From Spirochaetia bacterium (GTDB lineage: Bacteria > Spirochaetota > Spirochaetia > DSM-2461): 64,000 nucleotides of DNA. The number at the start of each line of letters is the position of its first letter. The first letter of the stretch is position 1. Positions 58,115 to 64,000 of this stretch are shown in pieces. Location of the stretch: assembly GCA_963666985.2 (NCBI GenBank), contig CAXXIA010000002.1, positions 1,568,001 to 1,632,000 on the forward strand. Direction: 5' to 3'. The translations under genes were made by a program, and so were the position numbers. Below the pieces are notes generated by a model that was not told the origin of the DNA, did no database searches, and worked only from the letters and a program-made list of their open reading frames with translations.

Positions 58115-58612
58115 ATGAAGCGCCTCCATATTATTCTCTTCGCTCTGATTCTTCTTCCCGCCGGCATCTTCGCAAGCCCCTGTATCGTCCCGTCGGCAGG
58201 AATAAACGTTGATGTCGCACTCCAGGAATCACCCATTTGGTACGCATCTCTTCAGGTTCCCATAATGTGGACAAATCAGGGACTCGTAGGATTCTCTCTC
58301 GTCCCGTCTTTTTCCTTCAACACAGCGGATTTCCAGGGATTTCTCACCGCCGAAGGAATGTTCGTCTTTCCCTTGGAAGAGAACGGAAAAATCCGGCTGC
58401 TGCTTCATTCGGGTATAGGACTGGGCGGATATCGGCACTCCGGAAGGTCGGAAATCCTTCCTCAGCTTACTTGCGGCACCACACTGCAAATTCATCGATT
58501 CTTCATCCGCCTTTCGGCCGAGGCGATGATAATGACCAAGTATTATCGGAATGTGGATACGTTTGGAACTGTCCTTGTGGGCTATGGATTGGAAAGTGCA
58601 AAAAGTCAATAG
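58115..58612 (+). CDS. Exported protein, probable small beta-barrel
   Basis: Signal peptide; amphipathic strands; C-terminal VLVGYGL; TGaTATAAT 6 nt before ATG. Confidence 0.55.
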   Translation: MKRLHIILFALILLPAGIFASPCIVPSAGINVDVALQESPIWYASLQVPIMWTNQGLVGFSLVPSFSFNTADFQGFLTAEGMFVFPLEENGKIRLLLHSGIGLGGYRHSGRSEILPQLTCGTTLQIHRFFIRLSAEAMIMTKYYRNVDTFGTVLVGYGLESAKSQ

Positions 58613-58783
58613 AAGACAGAAAAAGGAATTTTTTGTGTTTTTTTACTTGACTTATGACAGTCACCGAATTAAAGGAATTTTAAACGGTTGCATACTAAGA
58701 AAAAATACATTCTCGGATGTAGAATGATAATATTGTGAAAATTTTACATCACTCTTTATTAGGTTGAAACAAAAAAAATAATT

Positions 58784-59578
58784 ATGTCCGAGAAGCAAAA
58801 AGCAGCCAATTTCTCAAAAGTCCGTATCGGCAATATCTCTATTGACAATATTTCGATGACCGGCACGCTTGAAAAAATTGATGATTATGTCCGAATGGGT
58901 CAACCTGTCTCAATCGTCACACCAAATGCCGATCATATCGTTCGCCTTCAGAATGACGGAGATTTTTTAAACACATATAAACAATCCGCCCTTATCCTTG
59001 CTGATGGAATGCCGCTTATTTGGGCCTCCAGGCTACTACAGACTCCCTTGGTATCCAGAGTTGCCGGGTCCGATTTATTCATTGAAGTCTGCCGGATTGC
59101 CCCGGAACGGGGATTTCGACTCTTTTTCTTGGGCGGTAGAGAAGGAGCGGCGGAAAAAGCGGTTGATGCAATGAAAGCAAGGTTTGGCGAGATCTCAATC
59201 GTTGGAACCTATTGCCCCCCGTATGGCTTTGAAAACGATAACGCTGAAAATCAGAAAATTGTCGATATCATACGAAACTCCAAGGCGGATATCTTATTCG
59301 TTGGTCTGGGTTCCCCGAAACAAGAAAAATGGATTAATAAACATATCCAAGAAATTTGTGTCCCCGTAAGTATTGGTGTGGGTGTTTCATTCGAATTTGC
59401 TGCCGGAATGGTTAAACGCGCCCCAAAATGGATGCAAAACATCGGTTTGGAGTGGCTTTGGCGACTCCTCATGGAACCAAAGCGGTTATGGAAGCGTTAT
59501 TTAGTTGATGATATGCGTTTTTTTAAAATAATTTTTCGCCAATGGCGAAATGAAAAGCGTTCCCGTCAAGAATCATGA
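58784..59578 (+). CDS. WecB/TagA/CpsF family glycosyltransferase
   Basis: TPNADH, ADG, RVAGSDL, VGLGSPKQE, RAPKWMQ..GLEWLWRL..EP.RL..RY. Confidence 0.92.
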   Translation: MSEKQKAANFSKVRIGNISIDNISMTGTLEKIDDYVRMGQPVSIVTPNADHIVRLQNDGDFLNTYKQSALILADGMPLIWASRLLQTPLVSRVAGSDLFIEVCRIAPERGFRLFFLGGREGAAEKAVDAMKARFGEISIVGTYCPPYGFENDNAENQKIVDIIRNSKADILFVGLGSPKQEKWINKHIQEICVPVSIGVGVSFEFAAGMVKRAPKWMQNIGLEWLWRLLMEPKRLWKRYLVDDMRFFKIIFRQWRNEKRSRQES

Positions 59579-59731
59579 TTGTATTTCTTTTTTTAAATAA
59601 AGAAATCCTATGCCATCGATGCACAAAAAACTGATTTATGAATATTCTAATTAATTACAGTAAACATTTGAAGAGGCTTCGTTAGCACAGGTTTGTTAAT
59701 CATTCCTTCGGCTTTAATCGGAATCTGCAAA

Positions 59732-60628
59732 TCAAGCACCTTCCGGGAACCAGTTATTTCGTCCCTTTATCCAAGGAAAAAGACGGCTCATCTGCTCTCT
59801 CCGAACAAAGTGAGCTTCGTTTTCAGGCAATTGCCGTTCCAAACGATTTAAGGCGGCAATATAATAACCTAGCAGCCGGAGTAACCCCGAAAGGATATAA
59901 GGTTTCTCAATAAATGCTCTTTTAACACATTTTGCATGAATAAACAGCGGATGCATACTCAGGCAATAATCTGTTTTCCCAAGATTAATTCGAGCCTTAA
60001 GTATACCGGAAGAATTTCCGGTTCCCAATGGTCTATTATGGGTAACAACAATCGAAGGAAAAGACCACGTTTCCCATCCGTTTAAACGAGCGGCGATCTC
60101 CATTCTCGAATCTTCACCGCCATACTTAAACGGGATGTAGCCGCCAAGAACTTCAAAGCATTCTCTACGAAAAACTTGAAGAGCTTTGGGCGTCGATCGA
60201 CGATCTATATTAATAATCTTTATTTTCCCTTTATGAGATTCCTGATAAACACCCGTTGCAATTCCCAATTCCGGAAACTTTGTCATTTTTTTATAGATCT
60301 GTTCGTAATAATTTTCTACAAGTTCGATATCAGCATCCAGAATAGCAAGATATTCATAATCTGTAACACCGGCCTCTTCAATACCATAATTTATAGCAAA
60401 AACATTACTGCTATAATATGTTTGACCCGGTACTCGTTTTCGATCCAACAACCGTATCCAATTATTATCTTTTAAATATTTTGATACAATGTTTTTTGAC
60501 TGATCAAGAGAACCATCATCTACGATGATCCATTGAATTGGTTTAATTGTCTGGGAGAGAACACTTCTAATTGTTTTTTCAATATAGCGTTCTTCATTAA
60601 ACATTGGTGTAATAATGATATATTTCAT
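59732..60628 (-). CDS. Glycosyltransferase family 2
   Basis: ITPMFNEE, VDDGS.D, LDAD, FRRECF, GED. Confidence 0.88.
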   Translation of the reverse strand: MKYIIITPMFNEERYIEKTIRSVLSQTIKPIQWIIVDDGSLDQSKNIVSKYLKDNNWIRLLDRKRVPGQTYYSSNVFAINYGIEEAGVTDYEYLAILDADIELVENYYEQIYKKMTKFPELGIATGVYQESHKGKIKIINIDRRSTPKALQVFRRECFEVLGGYIPFKYGGEDSRMEIAARLNGWETWSFPSIVVTHNRPLGTGNSSGILKARINLGKTDYCLSMHPLFIHAKCVKRAFIEKPYILSGLLRLLGYYIAALNRLERQLPENEAHFVRREQMSRLFPWIKGRNNWFPEGA

Positions 60629-60891
60629 CTGATGTTCTCTAACGGATCCTTTATAAAAATTAGGCTGAAAACGCATTAAAATCCAATCGGGCAATAATAC
60701 AATAATGCAAGAATAACACTATTTTTTCAGCCCTTTTCGCGATTGTAATATTTCATAATTAAACAAGATCTACAATCACTTCAATCATGAAATTGCTTTC
60801 AAGTCATGATGTTAATAGCTGTTTTTTTCTCATTTCCATCAATCCGGTTCCGATGATATCGGGTTACATTCATCAATTCTCTTCCAACAGA

Positions 60892-61875
60892 CTACTTATA
60901 TTCAATAATCGTATTCTTTCGGCGGAACCGATTATTTATACGATACTTACACAAACCAATAAATTGAGGTAATTTGGCCGCCATACAATGAATTGAATAA
61001 ATCACGGCTTCATTCTTTTTTAATCCTTGCCTCCGCCAAAGAGATAGAAAGATTTTCACTGTCATTAACGGGTAAACAATAAGGAAAAATAAACCCCTTC
61101 CGCCAAGTAGAATCAAGAAGATAACGGTAATCAGCGGAATTACCCCTATCCAAAAAAGAAGACTTCGCTTTTCCTTAACATAATAATGCTCCCGAGAGCG
61201 ACCATACATGGAAGAGCCCAAAGCATAGGCATATCCTCCTCTCATGGAACGACGCCACCATTGAAAAAAATGCGTCATCGCGACATCATGAAACCCCATT
61301 TCGTCTGGGATTCTCCATATTTTATAGCCGATGGAACGAATTCTTATGCACAGTTCCCCCTCTTCTCCTGCGATAACGGTCTTATTCATTCCACCAAGAC
61401 GGCGATATACTTCTGATCGAACTACAAAAATCCCGCCGCAGGCTTCTATTTCGCCTACAGGGCCCCTCCATTCGATATCACAAATCCTATTATAAATAGT
61501 CTTCTCGGGATATTGTTCATAAAGAAATCCGCAGACAACCGCGACGTTCTTCGATTCGTTAAGAAAAGAGACTGCCTTCTCCAGCCATCCGTTACTCAGC
61601 TCACAGTCTCCGTCAACAAATTGGACGTATTCAAGCTCAGGGTATCGTTCCGTCAGCTTTTCAAAGCCCTCGTTCCTTCCGCGGGCTGCTGAAAATGGCT
61701 CATCGGCGCTAAGCTCCCATACAAGCACGCCCATTTCTTTCGCCAAAAAAACACTATTGTCCGAAGAACCCGAATCAACATAGATAACCTTCTCGGTAAC
61801 ATGTAAAACGGACTTCAAACAAAGCGGAAGACGCTTGCCCTCATTTCTTCCGATAACAACGACACCGATATTCAT
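60892..61875 (-). CDS. Glycosyltransferase family 2 with C-terminal TM segments
   Basis: VIGRNEG, VDSGSSD, SAARGRN, FVDGD, AGEE, QWWRR. Confidence 0.88.
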   Translation of the reverse strand: MNIGVVVIGRNEGKRLPLCLKSVLHVTEKVIYVDSGSSDNSVFLAKEMGVLVWELSADEPFSAARGRNEGFEKLTERYPELEYVQFVDGDCELSNGWLEKAVSFLNESKNVAVVCGFLYEQYPEKTIYNRICDIEWRGPVGEIEACGGIFVVRSEVYRRLGGMNKTVIAGEEGELCIRIRSIGYKIWRIPDEMGFHDVAMTHFFQWWRRSMRGGYAYALGSSMYGRSREHYYVKEKRSLLFWIGVIPLITVIFLILLGGRGLFFLIVYPLMTVKIFLSLWRRQGLKKNEAVIYSIHCMAAKLPQFIGLCKYRINNRFRRKNTIIEYK

Positions 61876-63119
61876 ATACTTTTCACTTCCGTTCTTTCCG
61901 ATGGATGTAAAATATCTTCAAAGAAGTTCGCCATGCTTCGACAATTTTTTCTCAGATCATAATCTTCCAGAATTGTTTTCCTTCCGCTTTCACCAAGCCG
62001 CTTTCTTTTTGAAGGATCATTTATGAGGTCTCGAATAGCCTCTACCAGCGACGTGGTTTCGGAGGCATAGACAAGCCGGCCATTCTCGCCGTCCCGGATC
62101 AACTCCGGGATTCCGTTTATATATGTGGATATCGTTGCAATGCCTTTAGCCATTGATTCCATAAGAACCACGGGCAAGCCTTCGGCAAAACTGGGAAGAA
62201 TGAAAATATCAGCTTTATCGTAGTATTGATGAACTTCCGCTTGTCCAACGGCACCGGTAAAGCTAACGGCCTCTTCCCAGCCATGCTCCGCTACGGCTCG
62301 CTCTAATCCCGCACGATCCGGGCCGTCGCCAACAAATGTCAAATGAACATTTAGACCTTCCGAAAGGAGAAGTCCAACCGCCTCCAGAAGAATATGCTGA
62401 CCCTTAGCCGGAACAAGACGACCCAGGCAGAGAATCTCTGGAATATTATTGCCGGGTTCGGGCCGAAGATCGAAAACATCGGGATCAATTCCACAGCGTA
62501 TAATTCGAAATTTGGTCCAATCCTCTGTCGGAACAAGGCGCATGGCTTGACTGCAGCAATAATGACTGATACATCGAACACCGGCCGCTCTCTGAATCTT
62601 ACGAACCAACGCGTTCCCGGGAATGTCGAAAAAAACATCCGGTCCATGGAGACTAATGCTGTACTCAAAAGATCCATAACTCGCGGCAATCATCGCAACC
62701 GTGGCCGCAGGATTCGCAAAATGAACATGAAGATGAACGGCTTCATTTCTTTTCATCCAGCGAATTATAAGGACGGCCTCGAAGAAGTACATTGTTCTTT
62801 TAATCCAAGAAACCGAAGTCTCATCCAATAACCTATGCGCATTAATAAATAAGCGCAAATAGCGAAAAGGAGAAGAAAAGAAAAGACTTAGGTGATCCCT
62901 AAAGACAGTCATCTTCCCGGCCGACTTAATATAAAAGGTCTCTTGTTTGTCCCGCTGTTCTTCGGGGGTCATTCTTTCAACATTCTTTGAATCGTTAATA
63001 GATGCTGTTATAACACTATACCCCCGGTCGCGAAGAATCCGTACCTCTCGAAAAATAAAGGTATGAGAGATAGCCGGGTACTCGCTCGCAAGATAGCCAA
63101 TTTTTTGATTAGTTATCAT
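61872..63119 (-). CDS. Glycosyltransferase family 4 (WcaL-like)
   Basis: SHTFIFRE, HVHF, GRL..KG, PSFAEGLPVVLMESMA, GIPEL. Confidence 0.9.
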   Translation of the reverse strand: MITNQKIGYLASEYPAISHTFIFREVRILRDRGYSVITASINDSKNVERMTPEEQRDKQETFYIKSAGKMTVFRDHLSLFFSSPFRYLRLFINAHRLLDETSVSWIKRTMYFFEAVLIIRWMKRNEAVHLHVHFANPAATVAMIAASYGSFEYSISLHGPDVFFDIPGNALVRKIQRAAGVRCISHYCCSQAMRLVPTEDWTKFRIIRCGIDPDVFDLRPEPGNNIPEILCLGRLVPAKGQHILLEAVGLLLSEGLNVHLTFVGDGPDRAGLERAVAEHGWEEAVSFTGAVGQAEVHQYYDKADIFILPSFAEGLPVVLMESMAKGIATISTYINGIPELIRDGENGRLVYASETTSLVEAIRDLINDPSKRKRLGESGRKTILEDYDLRKNCRSMANFFEDILHPSERTEVKSI

Positions 63120-63258
63120 CGGATCACCTTCTACCGAAAAGGCCTCTCCGGAGAAGGACTCTTTGGTATTTTCACTCCTTAAATGAGTTATTCAAATTCC
63201 CTATACGTTTATCCGGAGTATGTTAACCATGGAAAATCTCATAAAAGACGCATGTTAC

Positions 63259-64000
63259 TCAATCATCCGTTTCGGATACATCGGCCGGTTTCGTACCCCG
63301 AAGCTTCGCCGAAAGCGATTCGGTAAGCATTACCAGAATCGCCCAGGGAGTTTTCAAGATAATCCAAACGTCATTAAGAAAGGTTATCTTTTTGCAATAG
63401 GCGATGTCCAGACGAATCATCTGTTTGAAAGTTAACTTGTTCTTTCCGCTAACCTGCCAAAGGCCTGTAAGACCCGGCATTGTATCGAATCTGTGTGTGT
63501 GCCAACGAAGATATTCCTGTGCCTCGTAGGGTATACAGGGACGGGGACCGACCAGACTCATATCTCCTTTTAATATATTCCAAAGCTGAGGCAACTCGTC
63601 GATACAGGTCGCTCTTAGGATTTTTCCCCCGGGGATAATGCGAGGATCGTGTCCGTCCAGTTTATCCATGGGAACATTTCCATCCTTGATAAAATTTTGT
63701 GAATGTTTGCCATGAAAATCCTGATCGTTCCCATGTTTCATAGATCTGAACTTGTGGAATTGAAACGGGATTCCCTTATAGCCGATTCTTTCCTGATGAA
63801 AGAAAATAGGACCCGGTGAAATTATTTTTATATACAACCCGACAAAAATAAGGAGTGGCGAGAGAAGCAATATCATCAAAAAGGAAATAAGGATGTCCAT
63901 TGTCCTTTTCCAGATAGGCATCTTATAAACAAAGATAGCTTCCATGGCGGCTTTGCTTTCGCTGGAGAGAAAATCCTGATGCAAACCACCGCCGAGATAA
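63259..64000 (-). CDS. Bacterial sugar transferase (priming glycosyltransferase), 5' end outside window
   Basis: KR..DI, GPIFF.Q.R.G, KFRSM, DPR, DELPQL.N...GDMSLVGPRP, PGLTGLWQV; frame open to window edge. Confidence 0.9.
   Translation of the reverse strand, partial: YLGGGLHQDFLSSESKAAMEAIFVYKMPIWKRTMDILISFLMILLLSPLLIFVGLYIKIISPGPIFFHQERIGYKGIPFQFHKFRSMKHGNDQDFHGKHSQNFIKDGNVPMDKLDGHDPRIIPGGKILRATCIDELPQLWNILKGDMSLVGPRPCIPYEAQEYLRWHTHRFDTMPGLTGLWQVSGKNKLTFKQMIRLDIAYCKKITFLNDVWIILKTPWAILVMLTESLSAKLRGTKPADVSETDD

Noticed and set aside
58717..58751. Rex operator upstream of the WecB/TagA gene
   Set aside because: TTGTGAA half-site present but the second half does not match; the region is AT-rich, so chance is likely

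Overview
Chromosomal window from a moderately GC-rich bacterium, most likely Spirochaetota/Spirochaetaceae (inferred from the AGGSQE-type signal peptide, LPP20 lipoprotein, LysM membrane protein, small OM beta-barrels and NusG-II/Gx pair). It holds about 62 CDS: housekeeping and metabolic genes (DEAD helicase, rlmN, RluA, acyl-CoA ligase, nfnAB, PlsC, aminotransferase), a beta-glucuronidase uptake/degradation operon, a LacI-controlled sugar ABC operon and the end of an AT-rich polysaccharide glycosyltransferase cluster. I found no rRNA, tRNA, CRISPR array, transposase, integrase or phage genes. Main observations: (1) a ~4.2 kb integrase-free island (Crp/Fnr regulator, NitT/TauT ABC, cupin) bracketed by an exact 85-bp duplication of a hydrolase 5' end; (2) a GH36-fold protein lacking catalytic motifs, translationally coupled to a non-canonical RNase HII-like protein; (3) a CPA2 antiporter coupled to a PTS EIIA/PII-like fusion; (4) a membrane-anchored GUS operon with an unknown QW-repeat protein and a frameshifted esterase; (5) many apparently leaderless genes; (6) recurrent in-frame low-complexity insertions in conserved enzymes; (7) a MITE and other small non-coding repeats. 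All family calls come from motif recognition by eye, not database searches.
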